From Bugula neritina (taxonomy: Eukaryota; Animalia; Bryozoa), in assembly GCA_964035545.1 (NCBI GenBank), contig OZ037767.1, positions 24,940,628-25,004,627 of the forward strand: 64,000 nt of DNA, read 5' to 3'. Under the pieces are notes generated by a model. That model saw only the letters and a list, made by a program, of their open reading frames with translations, did no database searches and had not been told where the DNA came from. The stretch's first letter is position 1. The number at the start of each line of letters is the position of its first letter. Shown piece by piece: positions 1-15,300 of the stretch. A program made the translations under genes and the position numbers.

Positions 1-244
1 AATAATATAATTTATAAATGATGATTTTAATCATCATCATTAATATTATCATAATTATGCTTATGCTAGCAGTCTCCTATCTTATGCCTAAAAGTAAACC
101 TAAGGCTAATACTAATAGTAATAGTAATAGTAATACTAATATTTATACTAATAGGAATAGTAATGCCTAAGGCTAACACGCTAATGGCTAATAGTAATAC
201 TATCACTAATACTAATAGTAATACTAATACAGTAATACTAATAG

Positions 245-583
245 TGGAAAATAATTTTGTCCCCCACTGGGAATCGAACCCGAGACCTCCAGCCTACAAG
301 TAGTTACAAGCAAGTGTGTTAACCACGTGACCACTGGGTAAACTCAACACTACAAGCACATCCCACCCAGTTGTCTGAACTCCACTGGCCTATCTACTAC
401 TCCTACAGTCTTCCCCTTGCCACTCAACTCCCCCGGAGTACTACTACACATTATTAAGGCTAAAATAGCTTGTAAAATAATTTTGCCCCCACGGCCACTG
501 GGAATCGAACCCGAGACCTCCAGCTTACAAGCAAGTGTGCTAACCATTACACCACGGGACCACTGGGTAAACTCAACACTACA
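245..583 (-). mobile_element. Non-autonomous TRIM-like mini LTR element with tRNA-derived sequence inside both terminal repeats
   Basis: Direct repeats 245-354 (TGGAAAATAATTTTG...CAACACTACA) and 471-583 (TGTAAAATAATTTTG...CAACACTACA), both TG...CA, surround a 116-bp spacer. AATAG lies immediately outside both ends (240-244, 584-588). On the minus strand both repeats carry the B-box GGTTCGATTCC; the A-box TGGTGTAATGG is intact only in 471-583. The cloverleaf stems are imperfect. Confidence 0.65.
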
Positions 584-1661
584 AATAGTAATAGTAATAT
601 ACTAATATTACTAATAGTAACTGTAAGTGTAGCACAGAACGGAGAAGTGAGAACACTCTGACTCTTGCTGGTAGTGGTGCTGATAGTGATAAAGATACTG
701 AGTGATACTCATGGAGTTAGACTTGTGTTGGTGTACGAAATGATCTGCACCTACTCAATTTCTGCATCATAGTCATCTCATACTGTTGCTATTTCCAACA
801 CTCAACAGTAACACTAACAGTGACTCTAGTCTCTAAGTAGACTTGGACTAAGTATAACTCTATAATTGTAATTGAAGTTTGATATTTGAGTTTGACTCTT
901 TCACTCTGAGTCTGACTCACATTCATGTATTGAGTTTGACGGCTAACCTTGTTTATTATTATTACTAAGGTTTTGTAATTGCAAGTACTAGTAATACATT
1001 AATAGTTTAATTGGTTTTCATTGTAATTGTGATTAATTTATGAATGTGATGATCACGATGATAATGATATGATTACAATTTTAATTAACAATACTGTATT
1101 GTTTAATATATCAATTTGAGTATGTTCAAAGCGTAACCTCCAAGCGTCGTGAAGGATCAGGTTGTGAAACAGTCACAAATCGATTTCTAGGCTGAGAAGC
1201 CAAATGGTTCAGATCCCAAATGCCATTCTTGTTGTGAATATTTTGTGTATATGCCAAGTAAGAAAACAGTAGAGCTCAACCACTATGCTACGATCAATTC
1301 TACTCATGTGAATAGCAACTTGCAAAGACTTATTGAAAACTTGCTATAACCAATGGTTTATTGTGAAAAAAGTATGTAGTTTTTTTAATTAGATTCTTAC
1401 AGTCATATATGTGGAAATCTGAAATGGTTGCAAGTTTAGACAGTGTGTACATGCAACCGCTGAAGCTATAAAGGGGGTCTTCAATTTAGTTTTATTTTTT
1501 ATTCCAATTTGAGATGATTTTATTGTTCTTATGATAAAAGCATTTATTAGTGTTATTTACAAGTAGTTTAGGGTGTGTAATCATATTTCCGATAGTATAC
1601 ACTCTTCATATTCTGCATATCTTGTGTTTCATTTGCAGGTTAGCTGCATTTATCTACAATA

Positions 1662-2362
1662 ATGGATGGCAGATCTAAACTGCAGCAGTGGCTCAATCAG
1701 ACTCTTAGAGTAGAGATAACAGATGGTCGGTTACTTATAGGTAGGCATTTGTTGCATGTGGTTTGGTAGCATGTCTATTGTTTTGTCTTATAGAAATATA
1801 TTAGTAAACTTGCTTTTGGTTAATATTTGCATGGCTGGGACATACCAATTAGAAAAAGCTGATCTTGTTTTATGAGTTATAAATTTGAATTTGAAATGTC
1901 ATTTTTTGTTTCAGGTGTATTTTCTTGCACAGATAAAGATGCCAATATAATATTAAGTCAATGTGATGAGTTTCTTCCAGCAGGTAAATAAATAGCTAAT
2001 CACTGTAGTTAGTTATATGATTGTGTTGTCTATTTACATTCCAGTAATAGCCATGCTATATAATTATTTTATATTTTCTTGTTAGAAACTTACTTAGTTT
2101 TCAAATGCTGCTATTTTGCTGATGTTTGCTTCAAGTAGATGTCTGTTTTTGAAAGCCAGTCTCATTGTTTATATCTGCACTTTTTCAGCTGCTTACATGT
2201 CGTATAGGATAATAATGAAACATAAAATTGTCTCTGCTATGCTCTGTACTTTGCTTGGTAGGGTATTCCCAAGAGCCTAGAAAACTTGGACTGGCTATGA
2301 TTCCTGGCCAACATATTAAGAAATTAGAAGTCATGTCTCATCAAGATGGAGAGATATTATGA
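1662..2362 (+). CDS. NAA38: NatC auxiliary subunit, Sm-like (LSMD1/NAA38)
   Basis: Exons 1662-1740, 1915-1983 and 2262-2362 (all GT-AG) translate to MDGRSKLQQWLNQTLRVEITDGRLLIGVFSCTDKDANIILSQCDEF...EPRKLGLAMIPGQHIKKLEV. This is an Sm1/Sm2 fold with the CTDxDxNxIL and EPRxLGLAMxPGxHI motifs of NAA38. Confidence 0.9.
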
Positions 2363-3093
2363 GGAATTAATAGTCTATACTCTATAGGAGCAATAATTTA
2401 TTATAATTCATTGTACAGTTTACACTTATGTTAATAGATTATATACTTGCATTATACAGTCATCTCTAATTTAGAAATGTACATAGTAAACATTCTTTTG
2501 CCGAAGATTTGTTCCTTCCTGTCTATTCTTTGCTGCCATGGAAAGTTTGTGCTTTTTTTACAGTTCATGAATTTTATTATAGCATCAGAATTATTTTATT
2601 TTTTCAAGGAATAAATTATAATTTTTAGTAGGTGAGTTTACAGGAAATTGAGTTTTGTTGCAGCATGTATAGATAGGATTTATAATATGCTATTAAAAAC
2701 TCTGATGAATGTCTCATGTAAATGATTATTATGAAACTTGACCTGACAAAGCATTGAATTGTATGTGTATATGCTTTTATGCAATACTTTTAAATCAATC
2801 TATAAGTACATAAAACAGAACGTTGATTGTCTACTGCAACAACTGGTATATTTTTAGAACATCAAACAATTATTTGTTATGAACATACAACTAAAACTAA
2901 AGAAAAACCAATTTGCTGTTACAGGCTGGTCATCAATTCTGTAAAAATTTAGCGCAAATGTTATTTTATTACTGTAAGAGTTGTCTACTCTAGATTTGTT
3001 GGTCTGGGTGATGTCGATTTATTACTGAAATGTATTGCTAAAAATGTAGTACAAACCATGTTTTTATGCTTAAGTAACTTTTACCCTCATCAC

Positions 3094-3238
3094 TGTTGTG
3101 TTGTTTGACTCGCGATTATTCACCGCGAGACTCGTTGAGCTCGGGGATTTTCCTACTAGCTAGAATTGAAATAAATCACGATAATTATCAGCTTAGACTC
3201 AATCCAACTTTGTTGTACTCTTACGCACCAATCACACA
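3094..3238 (+). repeat. 5' LTR (145 bp)
   Basis: Identical to 7491-7635, contains AATAAA, and is followed by the PBS. Confidence 0.97.
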
Positions 3239-3262
3239 TGGTGGCAGCAGTTAAAACTAATA

Positions 3263-6200
3263 ATGGGCGATGAAGAAGTTCAGCAACAGATAATTGTGCA
3301 TAGGAATGCACCCAGAATCGAACCACCAGGTGAGATCGTTTTGAATTGTGAGCGTGAGCAAAACTTCAGAAGATTTAAAAGCCGGTGGCAGTCGTTTTAC
3401 ATTCTGTCTAGACTTTCGGAGGAAAGTGATGAGTACCAGAGAGCATTGCTATTATATACAATTGGTGATGATGCATGCCGAGTGGTAGAGTCAAGTCACA
3501 AATATCAGAATGATAAGAGTCTAGCAGCGATAATAGACATTTTGGAGCAATACTGTGTAGGAGAACGAAATATAGTGCACGAACGTTATAAATTTAATAC
3601 AAGGTGTCAATTACAAGGAGAGAATTTTGATGCTTTTTACTCAGAATTACGTGCGCTAGCAGATAAATGTGGCTTTAATTACCGACCTGCCACTGATGAG
3701 GCACCAGCACCATTTGATGAGATGCTGAGAGATCGAATTGTTTTAGGAATTAGAGATGACTCTCTTAGAAAGAAATTGATTTCTCAAGGTAACACTTTAA
3801 CACTAGACCAGGCAGTACGTATTTGTAGGAGCAGTGAAGTCACTTCAACTGTGATGCAAAGTGTAACAAAAGGAGCAAGCTCAGGGTCTGTAGATGCTAT
3901 AAGTAAAGCACAAAGCAGCTACCCTAAATATAAGCAAAGCAAACCAAGTCATACACGCAAGCAGGGAGGTGCTGTCCAGCTGCCAGTTAACTCTCAGATG
4001 TACAAGCCTACAAACAGCCAGGATCATTGTAAAAGGTGCGGTAGGGAACCACATTCAAAAGCGGAATGCCCAGCTAAGGATGCTCAATGCAGGAAGTGCA
4101 AGAAAGTGGGCCACTTCCAGCGGCAATGCAGAAGTAGATCCATCCAGGAGGTGACCGAAGCAAGTAATGACGATGGTATAATGTTCACAGGAGAGTTCAA
4201 AATAGAAAACCTAACTGTGGATGCTTGGAAAGCCGAAGTAGCAGTAAATGGTAACTGTACTACTTTCAAGCTCGATACAGGGGCAGATGGCACAGTAGTC
4301 AGTGACAAACTACCTTGGCTGTCTACTATTTCACTGCAAACTACAGGAGTCCGCTTGTATGGACCTGGAGGAAAGCAACTCCAAGTCTTAGGAACTTTTG
4401 AGGCAGATCTTCAATATAAAAGTCAGAAGTACAAGGAGACAGCCTACGTAATTCAAAATCAGTCAACCTCTCTACTCAGTAGAACTGCTTGTGAAAAGTT
4501 AGGACTGATAACATGCCAAGTAAAGCAGCAAGGGGAAATAACCAAAGACGTCCACACAGGCTTCTCAAAGCTATTTGAAGGCCTTGGAGCACTCAAGGGA
4601 TACTCATACAGAATATCACTAATTCCAGATTACCAGCCAACATGCATCTACACTCCAAGGAAAATTCCCATTCCATTACGAGACAAAACTAAGAAAAAGC
4701 TAGATGAGATGGCGCAACAAGGAGTTATCTCTCCCGTAACAGAAGCTACAGAGTGGTGTAGTGGAATGGTCCCAGTCCTCAAACCATCAGGAGATGTACG
4801 CGTCTGTGTGGACCTGACTGGCCTGAATAAAGCAGTTAGAAGGGAAATCTATCCAATGCCAGCAGTCGATGAAAGTATTGGACTGTTGGGGGCAAGTAAA
4901 ATCTTCTCAAAGCTGGATGCCAATAGTGGGTTCTGGCAAATACACTTGGACAAGGAGTCAAGAAAACTGACTACCTTCCTCACACCTTTTGGCCGGTTCT
5001 GTTTCAACAGACTTCCATTTGGCATATCTAGTGCACCGGAGATCTTTTCTCGAGCTATGTGCAGACTACTAGGCGACATAGAGAATGTCATCTGCCACAT
5101 GGACGATATTCTAGTTCATGGTGAAGATGCAGAAAGCCACGATAAAACCTTAAAGCTGGTTTTAAGCAGACTGGAAGAAGCAGGACTCACATTGAATGAA
5201 GACAAGTGTGAGATTGGCCAAACTCAAGTGAAGTTTTTAGGCCACATTATAGATGCTAAAGGAGTCAGCCCTGACCCGGATAAAGTCGCATCAATACGTG
5301 ACTTTCCAGCCCCTACCTGTAAGACAGAGTTGAGACGACTAAATGGTATGCTGAATCAGCTAGCTAAGTTTATCCCTCACCTGTCTGAAATCACAGCTCC
5401 CATGAGAGAGTTACTGAAGGAAAGTAAGGCTTGGACATGGAATCAACCTCAAGAGGAAGCTTTCCAAAAGGTAAAGCAAACACTGATGTCTGCTCAGGTC
5501 ATAGCACACTATGATCCCAAGCTGAAAACAATTGTTGCCACTGATGCTAGCAACACTGGACTTGGAGCTGCTATGTTTCAAATACAAAAGGATGAGACAA
5601 GGAGGCCAGTATACTATGCATCAAGGTCTTTAACCTCAGTGGAACAAAATTACGCCGCAATAGAAAAGGAGGCATTGGCAATGGCTTGGGCATGCAACAA
5701 GCTTGATCAGTTTTTAAGAGGATTACCTTTCACTCTAGAGACGGATCACAAGCCTTTGGTTAGGCTTATGGGTGTAAAAGACTTAGACCAAGTGCCAGCC
5801 AGGATTCTCCGATTGAGACTGCGGCTCATGAGGTATGCTCCAAAAATAGAGTATATCCCAGGGTCTCGCAACCACGTAGCAGATGCATTGTCGCGAGCAC
5901 CCTCTGGTATACCATCTCGCATAGATGTGATGCTGGTTGAAGAGCTAGAAGCTAGCACTTCCATTATACCTTCGATAGATCCGATGATCGAAGAAATCAA
6001 GGAGGCACAACAATTAGATGCTGTGTGCCAAGAGGTCCAGAATCTCATCATAAAAGGATGGCCTACATATAAAACAGATGCCCACACAGCAGTACACCCT
6101 TACTGGGATGTCAAAGGACATTTGACACAATCTAAAGGCCTTCTCTTATATGATCAGCGGCTAGTCATCCCTAGCAACCTAAGACTAAAACTGCTTGACC

Positions 6201-7316
6201 GCATTCACCAGGCCCATCAAGGAATAGTAAAATGCCAGGCAAGAGCCAGAAGAGCTATCTGGTGGCCGGGAATGTCTAAACAAATAAAAGAAATGGTACA
6301 GGGGTGTCGACAGTGCAGAATTAACTCACCGACCCCGGTGGAGCCTCTGCAGCCATCCACCTTGCCGTCTAAACCCTGGATAAAGTTAGGTGCAGACCTG
6401 TTCGAGTTCCAGAAAAAGAACTATCTGTTAGTGGTCGATTACCATAGCAGATACATAGAAGTTAGGAGATTAGACTCACTGTCTTCAGCATTCACTGTGG
6501 ACAAAGTTAAATCCATCTTCTCAACTCATGGAATTCCCGAGGTAGTCATTTCTGACAATGGACCTCAGTTCAGCTCTAGGGAGTTCCAAGAATTTGCCAA
6601 GAGTTATGGTTTTCAACACGTGACCAGCTCTCCAAAATATCCAAAAGCCAATGGCGAAGCTGAGAGAGCGGTAGGAACAGTAAAGCGTCTGTGGAGCAAA
6701 ACTACAGATCCATACCTAAGCCTATTAACCTATAGAGCTACCCCACTCGAAAACGGATTCACTCCTTCAGAACTTTTGATGGAACAGGCTACTTCGAACT
6801 ACTCTACCCTCCATGCCTGAAACCCGAGTGGTTCACAAGCCACCAAACATTGCTGAGAAGGAACAACACATAAATCTAAGGACCATGAATAACTACAACC
6901 AACGGCACAAAGCCACTCTGTTGCCTGAACTTTCTCAAGCTTCACCCGTCTATGTCAGAGACACTAAGAAACAGGGCACAGTTCTGGCAAGTGTAGCTCC
7001 ACACTCATACACGGTTAAAACTGAAACAGGAGTTATACGCCGAAACAGAAGTGCGTTGGTAGATCTTCGGGAAGAGGACCCCGTGGTGCTTGAACCAAAT
7101 GCTCCTCCGCCGGTTCCTATGGGTGCAGAGGTGCTTGGTCCAAAAGCTAACAAAAAAGCCAATCCATCAGGAACGCAGGCACCCGGAAAATTGGTCGCAG
7201 AGGGCTCGGGTACGTCTTTAACCCATACAGCCAGTCTAACGGTTCCGGGTAGGTTTTGTGCTCTATCCAGAGAGCGAAGATTGCCCCGGAGATTTGATGA
7301 CTATGTGATGAATTAA
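3263..7316 (+). CDS. Gag-Pol polyprotein, interrupted by a 1-nt insertion at ~6782
   Basis: ORF 3263-6820 has two CCHC knuckles (CKRCGREPHSKAEC, CRKCKKVGHFQRQC), protease LDTGAD, RT HMDDIL, RNase H TDAS/ETDHKPL, and integrase HHCC plus SDNGPQF/NGEAERAV. After TPSELLM the expected NRLLRTTLP continues in the frame of ORF 6813-7316. Confidence 0.93.
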
Positions 7317-7490
7317 CATCCAGACGATCTAACCACAGAGACACTCGTACCTTCTATGGAACAATCATAAAAATACATATTGTCATGTTTTTTCTCACTA
7401 TTGTTAACCTTCACTTACTATTGTCAATCTTAATTAATAGCATACGTGATTACATATAAATGTTTTTTGTAACCCACTTAGAAAGGGGGA

Positions 7491-7635
7491 TGTTGTGTTG
7501 TTTGACTCGCGATTATTCACCGCGAGACTCGTTGAGCTCGGGGATTTTCCTACTAGCTAGAATTGAAATAAATCACGATAATTATCAGCTTAGACTCAAT
7601 CCAACTTTGTTGTACTCTTACGCACCAATCACACA
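7491..7635 (+). repeat. 3' LTR (145 bp)
   Basis: Identical to the 5' LTR, preceded by the PPT and followed by the TSD ATCAC. Confidence 0.97.
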
Positions 7636-9552
7636 ATCACCACATCTACATGGCCGTAGCTACAGGATTTGTTTTTGGTGAGATGTAGGTATGTTTCTCA
7701 ATTCGAGTTTATCATTATAATATACGGAGTTTTCTACCTATAGCCTATAGGTTTGTAAACCTAATATTTGTGGCATGTCATTTTTATGTAATCTACCTCC
7801 AGCAATCTACCTGGCCTATCTGTATGCAGAATCCATTACTTACTGCAATATTATAAATTAATGAGCATTGGCAACAATTGCATTTAAATATGTTTTAACA
7901 TACATAATATAATGCAGATGACCATGCATAATAAAAATGCTTCTAAAGTATAATAATAATTGTAAAGTTACACTCTTACAGCCTAATTTTTAAATTGTTG
8001 AAAATAAAGAGAAGATAACTCTGAATGTACAAATTTAATTGCATTTAATAACCTTCGGCCATGTTAACTCTGAATTTGTAGGCTGACCTGAATAAATTAA
8101 TTATTTTGATGTCATGGTTAATATATAAGCAAATTAGTCACAGAGATAGCTATTTACATTTTATAAAATAAGTTGGTATTAAATATTTTTAATAAAGTAT
8201 GTCGGTTTATGTCAAAGTTAAACTTAAAGTTGAACACTAACTAACTCTAAGTTACTCTAAGACTAAGTCTAACTATTACTACTACTAGTAACACTAACTA
8301 TAAACTAAAACTTTAATTTTATGTCTAATGTCTCATTATCATTATGATTATGTTAATTTTATCACTATGACTATAAGTTAAAGTGTCAGTTACACTTACT
8401 CTTAGTCTTACAGTTACTCTTACTCTTAGTCTAACAGTAAGTGTAACACAAACTCAGCTTGAGCTTAGCTATGTGCTAAAACCCTCTACATTACTATTGA
8501 TTACAATAAAATATCCAAACTAAGTTTGAAACTTAGCTACATGCTAGAATAAATTCATTTCAACATATGATAAACCCAAACAAAAACAACATAAGAGGCA
8601 CTCATAATTTTGCGCCTGTAGGTGTTAGCAGTGTGTTCTAATTTTTACGAGGTGAGTTAGTGTTATGACTTGCAGTTAGTGTCACTCACAATCACTTAGA
8701 CTCGCTCTTACTCTGAGAGTTACACTTGCACTTTGACTTGCTGTTACTGTTAGAATTTTTAGGCTCTTATGAGTTATGTTTATGACTTATCAGTTATCAC
8801 TTCTTAATCTTAAACTTGTGAGTTCAACTAATCATGATGATGATAATTGATGACGATGGTAATCTAAAAGTAAATGTCAATCTGTCACAGTGTGAGTGTC
8901 TGGTTGGTAGTCGTTATGATTATTATATTTATTAGTAATCATGATGATGATCATTGGTGATGATAATGATTATAAATAGCCGTAATCATAATGGTAGCCT
9001 AATTATAATCACTGATAATCAAATTACTTACACTTACAGTTACAGTGAGTTACGCTTACTGTTAGAGTTATTTAATCTCACAGCTACTCATACTCACTTT
9101 TTGACACTGATTCATTGACCCTCAACCCCGAGAGTGCTTTTATACTTGTATTTACAATTACTATTAGTATTAGCATTAGCCTACTATTAGTATTAGTATA
9201 AGTGTAAGTTATAATATGATAAGTCTATAGCTCAACTATAGTATATAAGTATAACTATTACTATTACATTTGCTGTATTAATAATAGTATTATTACAGTA
9301 ACCTTTAATGTTTGAAAAATGTTGCAACTCTGCTGTTTATAGTAGCAATGACTGTAGATGAAAAGTTATAATATTTATTTCTATTAAAAATGTATTAGTA
9401 TTACAGTATAAGCATAGCAAAATTTAAGTTAAAACTAATACTTTATTGAGTTAATATTTTGTATATTTTTACAGTATTTGCAAGATTATATTTTGAAAAG
9501 ATTATATACACATGTGTAATCTGCATAACTTATTATCAGGAAATAATTGTAG

Positions 9553-11292
<1,740 letters not shown>

Positions 11293-12311
11293 CTGTGCCA
11301 ATTGGTATTAACATATTGTTTGCTCTGATGCAGTGAGAATTTTTTTGATCAGGCTTTACATCTACAAGATGTTTTGCAAATTAAATTGCAGGCTAATCAT
11401 TAAATTTATGGTTCTTCTAATGTTCACTTTTTTCATATGATTTATTTTCATTCATAGATATGTATTATTATTTCTGTATTGACAATGTTAGCCAGTATTG
11501 ACAATTTGAGTAATTATACATATTATTTGGTTATTTGTTTAAAGTATTAATAACTTTTTTATATTTTGCATTGTGCCAGTAAAAACTGAATTCTTTATTT
11601 TGCTGCTATGCTTTAATGGTTGTGTAATAATTAGTCTAACATTTTAATTGATACTTTTCTTAGAATTATAATACAGCTAAATAGATTTATAATAAAAGTA
11701 GCCTGAATTGTTTTGTTAGTTTTTGTTTTCGGAATGTAAAGTTTTATATAAGCATATTGTGAACAATAGGCTGGGAATTATACCACATATTTCGATCAGT
11801 GTAGTTAGTCAAAATAATAATGAGTCGAGATTCGTACTGAAAAATCTTCAATAAATACAGCGGTTTGAAGGGACATTTTATCCAATGGTATTTAAAATAA
11901 AACCAGGCACTTCTTGTTGGTAGTGTGAGACCAAGACTTGTTATGATGAACTTGCAACCAACAACCAGTTGAAGGTTAAGCCTTGACTAAATGCATACCT
12001 ACTAGAAACTTGTAGCATATTCTTGGTAATTTTGAATATATTTTACATCACCATATTTGAGCAAATTACAGCTAAGATTATAAGAATTGGCAAATCAAGA
12101 AATAAATAGCACAATGTTTAAAAAAATAAATGAAGGAAGTTTTCATATGAGTATAAGTAAGGGGAAGCATGTGCATTGAGTTGTATATAACAATATATGC
12201 TGTGAATGCATGCAAAACTATCAAAACCATTTCCAGATCTCAAAGGTTTCTGTACTTAACACCATTGAGAGTTCCCATTCAATCAAAACAATGTCTGAAT
12301 TTGAGAAAACA

Positions 12312-15300
12312 TCAAACAGTGAGCAATGCAACTTGGGAAACTACCTCAAATATTTCAGAGTCATCGTTATGATTCACGTCGCATTTGTTCAAACTATTTT
12401 CTTTGTGTCTTTGTTCTGCTCTTTTTTTCTTCTCTTTTTTACGATCAGCTTTTGTCATCCGTTTCTAAAGCAAATCATCAAATGCCAAATTAACATCTGT
12501 GTTCAGGTTAGAGAATCATAAGAGTACATTTAGAAAGCGCAGCTGACTAAAAGCCTACCTGAGAATTCTTGGACCAGGTAGGAGTGTCTTCCTCGGCAGC
12601 TTGCGAGGTAGAACTGGTGCTGACACTACCTAAACTGATGTTAGAGTCACGTATACTAGACTTTTCTGATGTAGAAAGCGTAGAGCTGCCCGCACTACTA
12701 TCATTACTTATAGAATCAGATCCACCAAAAGCATTTATATAATCTACAACAAAATTGATGATAATATTATAATATTAGAGATCAAATCACAATTTATTAT
12801 TTTATTTTTCAATGGGCTAAATAGATGATACATTTTTTTTCTGTTCCAATTTCCAAATTATGAAAATAACTTTACATCTTTTTAAAATTTTACATTTTAC
12901 ATTTCAAACATCACATTAAAGGGATCAATAATTTTAAAACTATGTCAGTAAAAACATCAGCAAAAGTCGAGTTAAATGCCGATATTGCAGCACCAATATC
13001 ATTGAATGGCAGTTAATGACTGGTAAGTATGTTGATATGAGTAGAGCATGCATCTATACGTTCCTTGACTAAAACTGTTAAATAACTACATGTCAAGCCA
13101 TGAAGAAAAATAAAAACCTATCTTCAACTAAAAAACTACATAAGAAGCTGAAAAGGTTGGGCATTTAAAAACTATAATTTACAATAAAATGGCACTAAAA
13201 GCACATACAGAGATAGAATAACTGGTACCATACCTATTGTAGTCTCTACGTTGTTATCACAATCTGTAAGACACTGTATAATAAATTCTTGATTCTACAA
13301 ATTTCATCAGACAATCTAATCTATATGTTACCACACAATAGGAATAGCAAAACACAATTCTCTCTCTATAGAATGGTGTGCCAATTACTGCAACAGCAAG
13401 TCAGTTAGTTAGTTAGAATTATTTCATGCTTGTTCATTAATTTATAGTGCCTACGATTTTAAAATCCATATGTTAGGTTTTTCTTTACTACTACAATTGA
13501 AAAATTGAACTTTCTTATTACAAGATCATACAGGAATTATCCTCAACTTAATGAATGCTGCATGAAAATACTTTCCCAGCACTAGAATATTAACATAGTG
13601 ACCAGCATCTTTTACACTTAAACTATAATAAAGCGCTATAGTCAGCATTATTGAGACAGAGAAGTAACTACTTACAGAGCAGCCAGTAGAGAGCTGTATC
13701 TGTTTAATATTAGAGGCATCAGGACTATGACTGGTAGATGCCTAGAGATTAAAAAGGATGTACACATTTAGCAGTTGGCTTGGTTCAATCTACAGCCAAT
13801 TGTTAGCAAACATAACTTACAGGTGACAAAACAGAACACGAAAGTCGCTAACCACTTGCCAACATAAGCCACAATGTGGAACTCATGATACAAATTAATA
13901 TTTCATAGAAATGACATTCCAACTACTACTATATTCATTTTAAATAAAACACACCATGCAACAAGTGAAGTTATAATTTTCTTCAATTACCGGGGATTTG
14001 AATTTGATGAAGGCAGGACTAGCTGATTTATCACCGACTTTTCTAACACTGGAGTAATGCTCTCCATTGTGATAAGTTATATGTAGCTCACGACCGCTAG
14101 GGTTGTCTTCCCCTTCACATTCTATACTGAATGAAGGGGCACTTAGATGGTGTATGACAATAGTAACTTTGTAGAGCCTAGAGAACGCCACTAACGCATC
14201 ATTTCCTGCGAATGTTCCCGGCTTTCTGAGCATGGATACTGTAAAATAGTACCAGGATTTATTAAACAACTCCTTTAGTAAATTTATGAACAAGTCAACA
14301 TACTATAACCTAAACTCTAAAAGCAAGCAGAAAATCTAAGTATATATATTGACCACATGAATATTGTGGAAAACTTTGCTGTTTACTCATTTGTTCAGAC
14401 ATTTTTTTTTAAATGCAACAAAGTTCGACCTTCATTGTCTAATTAGGGCGACCATAACTGCACTTTATATTTTTTCAGATACTGGATTTGCCAAATACTG
14501 TTCAATGAAGCTTTTAGATAAAATCACCATCAAGATAATAATGCTTATAAATTTTGATAAGATTTCCCGCTATTTCTGATTTCATAGAAAAATACAAACT
14601 GTGTAAAAACTTAGTGTAATACTTTAGTTATACAGCTTAGCTACCTAATAGAAAAACACCTCATGTGGGAAGAGACAAGTTTGAAGCTAATTAACCTCCC
14701 AGTTTCATATCAGCTGAGTGCACTTTACTGATTAGATTAAAGTTAGGCAATGCCTTCAAAAGTGGCTGAAGTGAATTTGATTGAAAATCTCACCCACATA
14801 CCTACATTTAATCAAGTCAGTCTTACAATATTGCTGTTTCATTTTTTTTTTCTGCTACATAATCAAAGAAAAGTCAACTTTTTCAAATTTTCAAAGGAAT
14901 CTAGTTAATTTAAGTTCATACTGTGCGATCCACCAAAGAATTTTACATATTTATGACTAGCAAAAGGAAAATTATATTCTTATTCAAGAACTATCCCCCA
15001 TTTATACAAATATCTTACAGCCATTATGACATACAATACAGTGAATATGAGTATTTAAATAAAATTATTTACATAACAAACTCAGCAAATAGAGTAATTA
15101 TTCAATTTAAATGATAAAAGAAGTTGATTAGACTTCAGGAATGGCCAGATAAGTGAGATATCACATATTGAATAGAGACAGACTAACGAGATAAGGCCTT
15201 TGATAACTTAGTGAAATGCATTGCATGAACACCTTTGAAGGTGAATTAAGGAGATGTGATGCCAGGTCCAGATATGAACTAACAAGTTTAAATAATTATA

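Larger units (their letters stand above)
3094..7635 (+). mobile_element. Full-length Ty3/Gypsy LTR retrotransposon (Mag-like, short LTRs)
   Basis: Identical 145-bp LTRs (TG...CA) at 3094-3238 and 7491-7635. 5-bp TSD ATCAC at 3089-3093 and 7636-7640. PBS TGGTGGCAGCAG at 3239 (tRNA-Leu-like). PPT AGAAAGGGGGA at 7480-7490. Domain order is gag-PR-RT-RH-IN. Confidence 0.98.

Noticed and set aside
485-562. Functional tRNA gene on the minus strand
   Set aside because: The A and B boxes are present, but the acceptor, anticodon and T stems are mismatched and the anticodon loop is 6 nt. It is better explained as part of the repeat element.
2700-2750. C/D box snoRNA (TGATGA...CTGA)
   Set aside because: Only ~45 nt between boxes, no terminal stem, and not intronic.
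3969-7344. Short alternative-frame and antisense ORFs inside the Gypsy element
   Set aside because: Shadow ORFs of gag-pol with no motifs; there is no env-like ORF.
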